Virus record (IMG/VR): IMGVR_UViG_3300044765_000177
Coordinates: 1 to 60,040 of that record
Reading direction: 5' to 3' (one strand)
Length of the DNA: 60,040 bases
Source of the DNA: a virus
Notes under the pieces: generated by a model
Seen by the model: only the letters and a program-made list of their open reading frames with translations
Databases searched by the model: none
What the model was told of the DNA's origin: nothing
Shown here: piece after piece, positions 42,301 to 50,376 of the stretch
Position numbering within the stretch: position 1 is the first letter of the stretch
Layout: every line of letters starts with the position of its first letter
Made by a program: the position numbers and the translations under genes

Positions 42301-43724
42301 CCGTCGGTGAACCTCGTGATGGCGCCGGCGAACTGGGTGAGCAGTTGGTTGAACGCGGGCTGGGCGGCGACGGTGAGCTGGCCGAACGCGGTGAGGATCT
42401 GCTTGGGGGTGTCCTTGAAGACGGCCAGATTGGCGTTCGCCCCGGAGAGAACCTTGTCGAGGATCCCGGACCGGGTCATCTCCTGGACGCCGGCCGCGGC
42501 GCTCTTCGCGATGGCGTTCCAGATGCCTGCGGTTTCGGTGAGGCGCTGCTTCAGTATGGGGAACGTGCTGGCTGCGAGGCGGACGACGGTGGAGTCCAGG
42601 CCCTGGAAGAGCCGGTTCTGCACGGGCAGGCGCAGTCCGTCCCAGGCGGGCTGAAGGCCACGCACGGCGTTGACGAACGAGCGGGCGTTCGGCGCCAGCT
42701 TCGCCATCGCTTCATCCAGCTTCGACGTCTGTGCCGCAGCAGCAGCCTGGGCGTCCGCCACTGCGGCGGCCGCCTCGGCAACGGCCCGCTGGGCGTCTTC
42801 GATCTGCTGCTGGCCGTCGACGCGCGCCTTGTCCACGTTGGCCTGCGCCTCGGCGACCGCCCGCTCCTTGTCGGCCACGTTCCGGTTCGCCTCGGCGATC
42901 TTCCGCTTGGCCTCGGCGACCTGGTCCGAGCCTTCGATGCCGGCCTTGTTGGCCTTCGCGGTGTCAGCGGCGAGCCGCTTCGTCTCGGTGCGCTGCTCCT
43001 GCAGGTTGAGCGTGGCCCGGTCGTAGGCGAGCTGCAGCTTGGCCAGCTCATCCGGAGTCGTGCCCGGCTTCGCGCGCGCCGCCGCCAGTTCCTTCTGCGC
43101 TTCCGTCAGCCTCAGGGCCGCTTCGCGCTCGTCGAGCTGCGACTCCTTCAGCCGGGTGTTCATGTCCTGCAGTGCGCGGGCTGCTTCCTGGCGTGCGTCG
43201 TTGAGGTCGGCCTGCACGCGGCGCGCATCGCGCTGGGCGTCGGCCAGGTCGCGCTCGGCGTCCGCGACACCGCGCTGCGCCTCGCGCACGCGCTCGGCCG
43301 CGTCCACGCGTGCCTGCGCGAGCGCGCGCTGCGCGTTCGCCAGGCCGCGCTGGGCGTTCTCCACCGCGCGGGTCGCCGAGGCGGCGGCCTTCACGTCCGC
43401 GCTCTGGTCCGCGAACGCCGCCTTGAACGCGTCCCCCACGCCGGACAGGCCGATCTTCAGCGCGCCGGCCGCGACTCCAGCAGTGGCCAGGGCGGGAGCG
43501 AGAGCGGCCGCACCGGCCGCGGCCGACGCCAAGTTCGCGCCGATCGCCACACCGGCCAGCGCCCCCACGCCCTTGAGGCCGACGCTGAACGCCTTGGCGA
43601 AGGCGCCCGCCCCGGACCGCCCGGCGCTGGAGGCGCGGGCGTTGACGGAGCGGTCCCAGTCCCCTTCGAACTCGGGACGGATCGAGACATAGCCCCGACC
43701 GACGAGGACACCGCCAGCAGCCAC
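39309..43724 (-). CDS. Tape measure protein with a C-terminal NlpC/P60-like peptidase domain (1471 aa)
   Basis: Size, Ala-rich coiled coil, hydrophobic central repeats; LPYQWGGNGNPSWDCSGF...GHTAG near the C-terminus. Confidence 0.9.
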   Translation of the reverse strand: MAAGGVLVGRGYVSIRPEFEGDWDRSVNARASSAGRSGAGAFAKAFSVGLKGVGALAGVAIGANLASAAAGAAALAPALATAGVAAGALKIGLSGVGDAFKAAFADQSADVKAAASATRAVENAQRGLANAQRALAQARVDAAERVREAQRGVADAERDLADAQRDARRVQADLNDARQEAARALQDMNTRLKESQLDEREAALRLTEAQKELAAARAKPGTTPDELAKLQLAYDRATLNLQEQRTETKRLAADTAKANKAGIEGSDQVAEAKRKIAEANRNVADKERAVAEAQANVDKARVDGQQQIEDAQRAVAEAAAAVADAQAAAAAQTSKLDEAMAKLAPNARSFVNAVRGLQPAWDGLRLPVQNRLFQGLDSTVVRLAASTFPILKQRLTETAGIWNAIAKSAAAGVQEMTRSGILDKVLSGANANLAVFKDTPKQILTAFGQLTVAAQPAFNQLLTQFAGAITRFTDGIASSFTSGGLQQAIDTAFGILSSFGTLIGNVLGVVSQIFKAASDAGGQIVGVLGTVFGEIERILAAPQMQAQLRNLFTSVAQIVSAIVPVIGGIVQAVVPLVAAIAKPLAGLAVALGPVLQQLVTALGASLMPIVQALAPVLVTVGTAIVQIVQAVIPLLQPIADLIAGIVTALAPALTPVVNVITGLVGVLVGPLTRIIQAITPALVTVGQIIASVFQALEPFLQPLVALIGQVASLVADLFTTALQSLMRALRPLIPVGMQLINTVLGALTPILPILSDAFQTIGDALLRLLGPLSTVWSSLARQLAPILMNLAPLVGDLAGLFASTLAQVLPPLADALLALVDAVAPMLPVFGQVQGVLLKMAAGVLMQLLPSVLKLVQASVRLTLAVLPLLPPLAQLIGLVLDLALGVLSVLLPPLIRLTGFLVGGLAGALATVIGWVSSLFGWIAGKLGPIVKWLGGVFTTIIGGIVKVFRWFYDVLIGHSILPDIVNYLRNIFGPAFTWLRDNVIRPVWNAIKAVITTTWEKGIKPVLDTLRSAVGKVADAFSTARDNIGKQWSKLEGIAKKPVSFVIDTVYNAGIVGVWNKIASAFGAPKLAEFHPKGFASGGVLPGYTPGRDVHQFVSPTGGALELSGGEAIMRPEWTRAVGSGFVGTMNQLAKSRGAQGVKAALAPLLGGNPHTPTDRSLRYASGGVVQRYADGGIFGWIGKAGSALEGAGSEAWNDIKKGASWLGDTLESSARAGIRHAVEPLLKNFPGMDTGFGKMLRRIPDRIVNTLVGYSKKADDKGGGGLGGPKIQAALRWAKTQNGLPYQWGGNGNPSWDCSGFMSAIESVLRGEKPHRRWATMAFSGKTAPPGWVYHGNSPFRIGITNAGVGHTAGTLGGTNVESRGGDGVVVGSRARSYKDPLFTSWYGFKPGSYDSGGYLQPGFTLAFNGTGHPEPVLTGSQWNALAPGSQKTPVVVELHAKEGALGDFIDVRIQDHDQALVHVIQSS

Positions 43725-43736
43725 CGCGCACCCCCG

Positions 43737-44479
43737 TCACTGGTTCGCGGCAGCCCTGCCGAACACGGCCGCCAACTGCTTTGCTCCGGAGCCGTGCCGG
43801 CCGCCGAAACGGATCACGTTGGACTTCTTCGCCTCGACACCCGGGCGCGGAATGGGGTCAGGAGGACGCAGGCGGCCCGTCTTCTTCGGGTCGCCGTGCA
43901 GCTTGATAGAGGCGAACGTGTTCTCGCGGATCGCGTCGACCGCGCTCGCCAGCAGCTGCCGCTCCAGCGTCCAGGCGGCCTCTTCCGGTGTCGTCCTGTT
44001 CACCGCTCTGGCTGTGGCCGAGTCGGGCGGCAGGTGCCGCAGGAAGACGCGCAGCTCGCGCCACGACATCTCCCCGCGGTACAGCTCCTTGATCGACCGG
44101 CCGGGCCAGTAGTGCGCGATGTCCCACTCGACGGCCTCGCCGTACTCCCTCAGGAAGCGAGCGAGGCCGGGGATTCCCCCGGCTCGAGGCCGTTGCGCTT
44201 CTGCCAGTCCTGCGCGATGACCTCCAGATCGCCGAGGGTGTAGCCGGCGGCCACCATCTCGTTGACCTTCTCGCGGCCCAGGGCCTCAACCATGACGCCG
44301 TAGCCGTTCTCCAGGGAGCCGATGCGCTCCTGCAGGTCCATCGGCAGACCTTTGATGGGCGGCATGGTGAACTGGACGCCGAACAGCTCGTAGGGCGTCG
44401 GCTTCGGCAGGGCGTCGCGGGCCTGCTTGGCGAGCGCGTCCAGGGAGACGACTTCCGTGCCGGTGGTCTTGCTGGTCAT
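43737..44479 (-). CDS. Tail assembly chaperone GT fusion made by a -1 programmed frameshift near 44174-44182
   Basis: The -1 frame is open across the G stop and reads FLREYGEAVEWDIAHYWPGRSIKELYRGEMSWRELRVFLRHLP; G-run CCGGGGGAA upstream. Confidence 0.65.
44150..44479 (-). CDS. Tail assembly chaperone G (109 aa)
   Basis: ORF track; position between the major tail and tape measure genes. Confidence 0.8.
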   Translation of the reverse strand: MTSKTTGTEVVSLDALAKQARDALPKPTPYELFGVQFTMPPIKGLPMDLQERIGSLENGYGVMVEALGREKVNEMVAAGYTLGDLEVIAQDWQKRNGLEPGESPASLAS

Positions 44480-44509
44480 GCGATTCTCCTGCGGGTGTAG
44501 CGGGTTGAT

Positions 44510-44545
44510 CCCGGCAGGCGCGACCCGCTAGGCACGCCTGCCGGG
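44510..44545 (-). terminator. 11-bp perfect-stem hairpin after the major tail protein gene
   Basis: CCCGGCAGGCG / CGCCTGCCGGG read directly. Confidence 0.5.
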
Positions 44546-44555
44546 AGTTGAGGGG

Positions 44556-45116
44556 TTACGCCGCGGCCCACGCCGGGTCGTTGGACAGCCACACCGCGAT
44601 CTCCGGAGCCGTGTCCGCGTAGGCCGACACCGTCATCGGCAGCTGCACAGCGCCCGAACGGGCCAGGGTGATGGAGTCGCGGTTGGTGACCTCGCCTCGC
44701 GCGATGACCAGGCGGTTCTTGATGTCGCCGTCGACCCACTCCAGGCCGATCGCCCGCTCGTCGGGAGACGGCGCGGCCGGGATGGACAGCTTGTGCACGC
44801 CGACGGAGACGTCGGTCATGGTCGCGCTGGGGAAGTAGAGCGTCACCGTGCTGGTCTTGAGCTCGATGCAGGTGAAGCCGAGCGTCATGTCGACACCGGT
44901 GAGGATCTTCCGCACCGGCGACAGGGACTGCCAGGCGTTCACGTCCTCGGTGTCGGTGGAGTAGGTCATCTCCACGCCGTCGTCGGACAGGTAGCCGAGG
45001 TCCACCCAGCCAGAGCCCCACGCCGTGTCCAGGTCGGTGGGGGCGGTCGTGCCCTTCGGGGCGATGTACACGGAGCCGTTGAGGCCCACTCGCACGTTGT
45101 CGGCGTCGTTCGCCAC
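44556..45116 (-). CDS. Major tail protein (186 aa)
   Basis: ORF track; GTG after GGAGG; position upstream of the chaperones. Confidence 0.8.
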   Translation of the reverse strand: MANDADNVRVGLNGSVYIAPKGTTAPTDLDTAWGSGWVDLGYLSDDGVEMTYSTDTEDVNAWQSLSPVRKILTGVDMTLGFTCIELKTSTVTLYFPSATMTDVSVGVHKLSIPAAPSPDERAIGLEWVDGDIKNRLVIARGEVTNRDSITLARSGAVQLPMTVSAYADTAPEIAVWLSNDPAWAAA

Positions 45117-45199
45117 GGGATGCCTCCAGGCATAGCGAGGACCCGCACGGCCAGACGCCGACGGGTGAAATGGTCAGGTAGGGCGCGGGTTGGGTGGAG

Positions 45200-45622
45200 C
45201 TATGCGGGGCGGACCACCATGCTCATCACGAGCACGTACCGCGGAATCGGATCGGTCTCGGCGGACGCCTGGTAGGGCAGCCAGATCAGGCTTGTCTCGT
45301 CCACCCCGTAGATGCGGGCGGTCCCCTGGACGGTGCCCTGAGCGGCGATCAGTTCGGCCGAGCAGCGGGCCGCCAAGTCGCGGGCCTGCTTCTTCGTCGA
45401 GCCGAGGATGTCGATGTCGATGGTGCGGTCAGCGGTCACGGCCTTCAGCCGCGATCCGCCGCCGCCCAGGGTCACCGACACCACCCCGGCGGACAGCTTC
45501 GCCGCGAGATTCGCAGGCCACTCGGTGCCGACGCTCGTGCCGGACGGCAGGACCGTCTTGAGGTAGGCGACGACGACCTGCTCGACGTCCGGCATCACCG
45601 CCGCCGGCAGGCCCCCGCTCAC
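45200..45622 (-). CDS. Tail terminator / tail completion protein (140 aa)
   Basis: ORF track; synteny. Confidence 0.65.
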   Translation of the reverse strand: MSGGLPAAVMPDVEQVVVAYLKTVLPSGTSVGTEWPANLAAKLSAGVVSVTLGGGGSRLKAVTADRTIDIDILGSTKKQARDLAARCSAELIAAQGTVQGTARIYGVDETSLIWLPYQASAETDPIPRYVLVMSMVVRPA

Positions 45623-45822
45623 CGCTTCTTCCGGCCCGTCTCGGGCTCAGGCTGGGCGGGCTCCCCCGCGGTCTTGGCCGGGGCCTGCTCTTCCTGCGCC
45701 GTCTCTTCGGCCGGCTCAGCGACGAGGCCGTCCCGGCGTAGCGCCTTCGCGGTGACCTCGTCGACGTCGACCTCCTCGCCGGGGGCCTTGTCCCCGTACC
45801 AGGAGGCGAGCTTGATACGCAT
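45619..45822 (-). CDS. Hypothetical protein with an acidic low-complexity tail (67 aa)
   Basis: ORF track; coupled on both sides. Confidence 0.55.
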   Translation of the reverse strand: MRIKLASWYGDKAPGEEVDVDEVTAKALRRDGLVAEPAEETAQEEQAPAKTAGEPAQPEPETGRKKR

Positions 45823-46199
45823 CAGGCACTCCTCAGTGCGTCCAGGGCACGCCCCAGCGGACGGGCCTTCGGAGACCAGCCCGACTGTGGGCGGTCGCGT
45901 GTCGTGGCCGGACGGCCCGTACCGAACTCCACCTGCAGCGTCCAGTCCGCGGTCGCGCCGAACTCGGCGCGCCAGCCGTTCGGCTGCATGGACGCCGCCG
46001 AATAGACGCTGGCCGCGTACTCGCCGTGCCGCTGAACCACCGGATCGTAGGTGGGGCCGGTGTACTTCGGTGCGATCGCCCGCGTCACGTCGGCGCCACG
46101 GTCCGCAACGTCCTTCAGGGCGTCCCGCATCTGCGGCTGCCGGGCCAGCTCCCGATACATGTTCGGATTGGGGACGAAACGGAACGAGGCGCTGGCCAT
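45822..46199 (-). CDS. HK97 gp10-like head-tail connector protein (125 aa)
   Basis: ATG 46199; synteny; remainder of the track ORF is junk. Confidence 0.65.
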   Translation of the reverse strand: MASASFRFVPNPNMYRELARQPQMRDALKDVADRGADVTRAIAPKYTGPTYDPVVQRHGEYAASVYSAASMQPNGWRAEFGATADWTLQVEFGTGRPATTRDRPQSGWSPKARPLGRALDALRSA

Positions 46200-46537
46200 C
46201 AGGCCACCTCCCTCAGATCCGCCTCCACGTGGTGGACTCCGCCGCCAGGGGCGGGCCAGCGGGCCACCTTGCCGATGACCTGCATCGTCGTCCCCCACGC
46301 CTCCACACGGTCGGTCTCTCGCAGATCCAGGTCCATGCCGCGCGGCGTGTACAGCCGCCAGCCGGTGACGGTGACCTGCTTGTCGTCGGTGTCCTCCGTC
46401 GACCCGCCGGCCGGCTGCACGTTCACGCCGGACACCGGGATGCGGGTGGCCCCGGCGCCCCAGACCTCGCGCTCGTTGCCGTACTCGTCGGCGGCCGTGC
46501 CGGGCCGGACGATGACGATGCTCTGCAGGTACAGCAT
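46199..46537 (-). CDS. Head closure / head-tail joining protein (112 aa)
   Basis: ORF track; synteny. Confidence 0.7.
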   Translation of the reverse strand: MLYLQSIVIVRPGTAADEYGNEREVWGAGATRIPVSGVNVQPAGGSTEDTDDKQVTVTGWRLYTPRGMDLDLRETDRVEAWGTTMQVIGKVARWPAPGGGVHHVEADLREVA

Positions 46538-47148
46538 CAGCGGCTCCGCACCTGGATGCTGCCGGCCGTGCGCCGGTAGCGGTCCAGCACCTTCTGCTCG
46601 GTGCGCGACAGCAGCACACCGAGCGCCTCTCCGGTCGTGGGGATCAGGTAGGTGACGGACTCGCCGCCCACCGCCTCCGAGCGGATGCCGGACGGGTTGA
46701 CGATCACCCGGTTCGCGGCCTGCACCACGATCGCCTGAATGTCACCCGGGACCGGGTCGTATCCATGCGTGTACGTGACCGTCACCTGCGGCGGCCGGTG
46801 CGCGGCCGGTGGCTGGCCCCACGTCCACGCCCGTACCAGGAGCTCCGGCCCGTCCAGCCACCAGTCGGTCATCTCGGTGCCGTCCACCAGAACCGTGTCG
46901 ACGTCGACGACAGGCCGCTGAGGGAGCGTCACCACACCGCCGCAGCGGTGCAGCAGCGGATCCGCGCGACGCATGGGGAACACGTCCGTGGTCGTAGCCC
47001 GGGTGATGTCCTGGCGGACGTAGGCGCGGACCACGCTGGACGCCTGGTCCAGCAGGGCCTGAGCCTGCATCTCCTGCTGCGGCGTGAACGTGCGGCCGAG
47101 CAGAGTGGCGAGGTCGGCCACCGTCGCCAGCGAAGGAAGCACAGCCAC
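46537..47148 (-). CDS. Head-to-tail adaptor (203 aa)
   Basis: ORF track; GTG after AGGGAGG; synteny. Confidence 0.7.
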   Translation of the reverse strand: MAVLPSLATVADLATLLGRTFTPQQEMQAQALLDQASSVVRAYVRQDITRATTTDVFPMRRADPLLHRCGGVVTLPQRPVVDVDTVLVDGTEMTDWWLDGPELLVRAWTWGQPPAAHRPPQVTVTYTHGYDPVPGDIQAIVVQAANRVIVNPSGIRSEAVGGESVTYLIPTTGEALGVLLSRTEQKVLDRYRRTAGSIQVRSR

Positions 47149-47163
47149 GGCGGCCTCCCTTCG

Positions 47164-47388
47164 TCAGCGCTGCCGGTCGGCGTCGTCCAGCTGCTGGCGG
47201 ACCTCGCGGGCGTGATCCGGGTCGGTCTCCGGGGTCGGCTTCCCGGCGACCACGCCGGCGACGGTGTAGTGCTCCTTCGGCGTCGGGTCCACGGGCACAC
47301 CCAGGTAGCCCTTGTCCTCGGCCTCGTCGAAGACCTTCTGCACTTCCTGCTGCGCCCCGTCCTTCGGGGCGCTCTTGCGCTCGGTCAT
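47164..47388 (-). CDS. Hypothetical protein (74 aa)
   Basis: ORF track. Confidence 0.65.
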   Translation of the reverse strand: MTERKSAPKDGAQQEVQKVFDEAEDKGYLGVPVDPTPKEHYTVAGVVAGKPTPETDPDHAREVRQQLDDADRQR

Positions 47389-47402
47389 GGTTCAGTCCCT
47401 TC

Positions 47403-47804
47403 TCAGCGCCTGGAGACGGTGATGCGGACGAGGCCGCCCGGGTCGGCGAGACCCGTGCCGACGGCGATGGACCGCCACTGCAGGGTGTCGCCGGCGGTCA
47501 GGTCCAGGTTCGCGGCGGTACCCGACAGGGTGACGGTCTTCTCGTCGTTCGCGGCCGCGTTCACGCCGCTGGTCAGGGCCAGCGAGGCCACAGTGGTGGT
47601 GCCGGAGCCGGTCTGCCCCTTGCTGACCAGACTGACCGTGCGGCTGTTGGTGTCGGCGCCGGTGACAGCGGTCTCCGGCACGTACTCGACCTTGGTGACG
47701 GTGCAGTCGAACGGGGCCTGCCCGACGACCGTGTCATCCGAGGCGGCGGTGGCCACGGCCGGCACGTCGGCCTCGATGATGCGCACGTAGGGTGCGGTGG
47801 TCAT
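47403..47804 (-). CDS. Possible head decoration / capsid accessory protein (133 aa)
   Basis: ORF track; position directly after the major capsid gene; beta-rich composition. Confidence 0.6.
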   Translation of the reverse strand: MTTAPYVRIIEADVPAVATAASDDTVVGQAPFDCTVTKVEYVPETAVTGADTNSRTVSLVSKGQTGSGTTTVASLALTSGVNAAANDEKTVTLSGTAANLDLTAGDTLQWRSIAVGTGLADPGGLVRITVSRR

Positions 47805-47822
47805 GACGCTGTCCTCTCCGGA

Positions 47823-48773
47823 TCAGTACTTCAGGACGGCGGCCGGGTAGCGGTTGGCCTCGGTCGCCTGCTCGTTGTTGATCGGGTTGGACACCTGCCA
47901 GCCGACGCGGAACGTGAGACGGACCGCGGTCATGTCCTGCTGGGCCAGGTTGAACATGATCGCGCCGGTGTTGTCCTGGATGACGGCCTGGTCGAGGATC
48001 TTCATGGTGATGTCCTGGCGGACACCCACCACGAACTGCGAGAAGTCGCCGCCGAACAGGCGGGTGTTCGTGCCGGCGCCGCCGCCGGAGGGGAACAGGC
48101 CGCGCATGGCGTAGGCGACCGGGAAGCCGTCGATGGTGGCCAGGTCGCCGCTGGTGCGGGCCTCGTCGAGCTTGCGGCCCTGAGTGTCGCGCGCCTTGCG
48201 CAGCTTGGACTTGGCGCCGGTCGAGGCGACCCAGCCGTTGAGCTCATAGCCGTCGGCTTCGAGCTTCTCGTAGACGTTGTCCAGGTCGCCGAAGAAGCCG
48301 CCCTGGGCGGCGGTGGCGCCCTCGGTGACGCTGTTGCCGGCGGCCGTCGCCGCGGTGGTGATGTCGGACGGCCAGGACGACGGCGCGTTGGTGCCGAAGA
48401 ACACGGCGGCGTCCAGGGCTCGGCCGAACGCCTCGGTCAGCAGCGGCATCGCCTCGTCCCAGATGTTGGCGTCCACGTCCGCCAGCACGTTGTCCGGGAC
48501 CGGCATGATCGTGGCGATCTCCTCGATGTTGAGGAACTTGTTCGCCCAGGCGATCTCCGTGGTCTGCTTCAGACCGGTGTCACCGCCGACGAAGTACGCC
48601 ACCGGCAGCGCCGACAGGACCGGGAAGCGGACCTGGGCCCGGCCGACCGGCACGCGGCGGAACAGCGACAAGACGGCCGACTGCTCGGTCGCCTTGCCGA
48701 GCATCTCGTTGGAGACCTCTTCCGGGATGAGCGCCGAAGCGTCCGTCCTCGAGGTCACGTTGTTGTAGGCCAT
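47823..48773 (-). CDS. Major capsid protein, HK97 fold family (316 aa)
   Basis: ORF track; IPEEVSNEM...PVLSALPVAYFVGGD pattern; synteny. Confidence 0.88.
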   Translation of the reverse strand: MAYNNVTSRTDASALIPEEVSNEMLGKATEQSAVLSLFRRVPVGRAQVRFPVLSALPVAYFVGGDTGLKQTTEIAWANKFLNIEEIATIMPVPDNVLADVDANIWDEAMPLLTEAFGRALDAAVFFGTNAPSSWPSDITTAATAAGNSVTEGATAAQGGFFGDLDNVYEKLEADGYELNGWVASTGAKSKLRKARDTQGRKLDEARTSGDLATIDGFPVAYAMRGLFPSGGGAGTNTRLFGGDFSQFVVGVRQDITMKILDQAVIQDNTGAIMFNLAQQDMTAVRLTFRVGWQVSNPINNEQATEANRYPAAVLKY

Positions 48774-48827
48774 GGTCCGGCCCTCCTCCTCGGATTACCG
48801 GCCGGACCTCGCCGTGCCGGGGATCAA

Positions 48828-49334
48828 TCAGCCCAGGCCCGCCTTCGCGCGGATCAGGGCGTTCATGTCGGTCGGGGCGGGGGCGGGCTTGCGCACGCCC
48901 CCGTCATAGCTGGGGGTGTTGCGGATCTTGAGGACCTCCAGGAGGCTGTCGGCGTCGGCCTCCATCTCCGCCTCCGTGCCGCCCTGCAGGCGGGGCACGA
49001 GCTCCGGCGGCAGCTTCTTCTTCGCCGCCACCCGGTAGCGCATGAGCTCCTGCTTGGCGGTCGCCGCCTCGCTTTCCGCCGCCGCCTTCGCGTCGGCGAG
49101 CTTCTGCGCCTCGGTCTTGTCGCGGTCCTCGAACTCCTGCAGGCGCTTCTGCAGTTCGCTCACCGTCTGCTGGTGCGTCGCCAGCGCCTTCTCGGCCTTC
49201 TCGCGCAGCTTGCGCTCCGCCGTCAGGGCCTTCTTGCCGCCTTCGCCCAGCGGCTCGTCGACGTGCCCGTCCGCTCCCGTGTCCGTCGCGGACGCGGTCT
49301 CCTCGGTCACGTCTGTGGTGTTCTCGTCAGCCAT
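48828..49334 (-). CDS. Scaffolding protein (168 aa)
   Basis: ATG 49334 after GGAAGGAG; acidic coiled-coil composition. Confidence 0.75.
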   Translation of the reverse strand: MADENTTDVTEETASATDTGADGHVDEPLGEGGKKALTAERKLREKAEKALATHQQTVSELQKRLQEFEDRDKTEAQKLADAKAAAESEAATAKQELMRYRVAAKKKLPPELVPRLQGGTEAEMEADADSLLEVLKIRNTPSYDGGVRKPAPAPTDMNALIRAKAGLG

Positions 49335-49389
49335 CGCGGCCGACTCCTTCCGATAGCCCCGCCCTCGCGGCGGGGACACTCAAGGCCGG

Positions 49390-50376
49390 CTAGACGATGT
49401 AGCCGTAGCGGCGCAGCAGCCGCAGCTCCTCAGCGCGGTCGTCCGCGATCCGGAAAATCTCCTCGGGCATGAGGCGGGGTGTTGTCACCCGCGAGTACCG
49501 CTCGCCCGGGAAGCGGGCCGCCTCGCCGCCCGCGCGCCGCATCCGCCTGCCGTACAGGCCGCGCACGGTCGCACCCTCGGTCGTGGTCTGCAGCTCCCGG
49601 CCTGCCATATGGGCCGTGCTCATGCCGCGGCGGGCGTTGACGACCTGCCCCACATCTGCGCCGTCACTGATCGCGCGCGCGCCCGCGACCGTGAACACCC
49701 GCTGCTGCTCCGTCGCCGGCATCCGCTCGAAGAGCTGCTGCGGTGTTGCCACGCCCGGCCACTCGTGTTCTCGAAGAGGCAGGGTCTGGCAGTCGCAGTT
49801 CGGGTGCCGCAGGAATCCCTCGCTGCGGCTGTACATCTGCCCTGACAGGATGATGCAGCGCGCGCACGCGGGCAGTTGCACTACCCGCACGTAGGCCACG
49901 CAGCTGGGGCTTGTCGCCATCGCCACCTGATCCGCCGCCCGGGCCGTATCTGCCACCGCGGTCGAGGCGTAGCGGGCCATGTCCGCCAGCCCGCCCAGCA
50001 TGGCCTCCTCCGGAGGCATCCCGGCAGCCAGACGGCGCCGCACGCCGATCGCGGGCAGGAACAGCAGCGTCTCCAGCGGACCGCCGTCCGGAGCGATCCC
50101 GGCGAACGCGGCCGCCACCAGCGTCGCCTCCGCGACTGCAGACCCGCCCTGGGCCGCCATTTGTGCGGCGATGTAGGCCTGCGCTGCGTCCGCCACCGTC
50201 AGTTGCCCCTGGGCGACCGCGGCCACTATCGCTGCGCCGGTATCTCCTTGCAGGTCATCCTCGATGGAGGCGGCTGACATGCCCCTCCACAGTCCCTGGA
50301 TCCGCTCGACCACCGCGCGGACGACCGAAGTCACGTGCCGGTAGCGGGTGCGCCCCAGCTCAGTCGGCGTTGCCAT
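49390..50376 (-). CDS. MuF / SPP1 gp7-like minor head protein (328 aa; alternative ATG 50391)
   Basis: LPACARCIILSGQMYSRSEGFLRHPNCDCQ motif; position after portal. Confidence 0.8.
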   Translation of the reverse strand: MATPTELGRTRYRHVTSVVRAVVERIQGLWRGMSAASIEDDLQGDTGAAIVAAVAQGQLTVADAAQAYIAAQMAAQGGSAVAEATLVAAAFAGIAPDGGPLETLLFLPAIGVRRRLAAGMPPEEAMLGGLADMARYASTAVADTARAADQVAMATSPSCVAYVRVVQLPACARCIILSGQMYSRSEGFLRHPNCDCQTLPLREHEWPGVATPQQLFERMPATEQQRVFTVAGARAISDGADVGQVVNARRGMSTAHMAGRELQTTTEGATVRGLYGRRMRRAGGEAARFPGERYSRVTTPRLMPEEIFRIADDRAEELRLLRRYGYIV

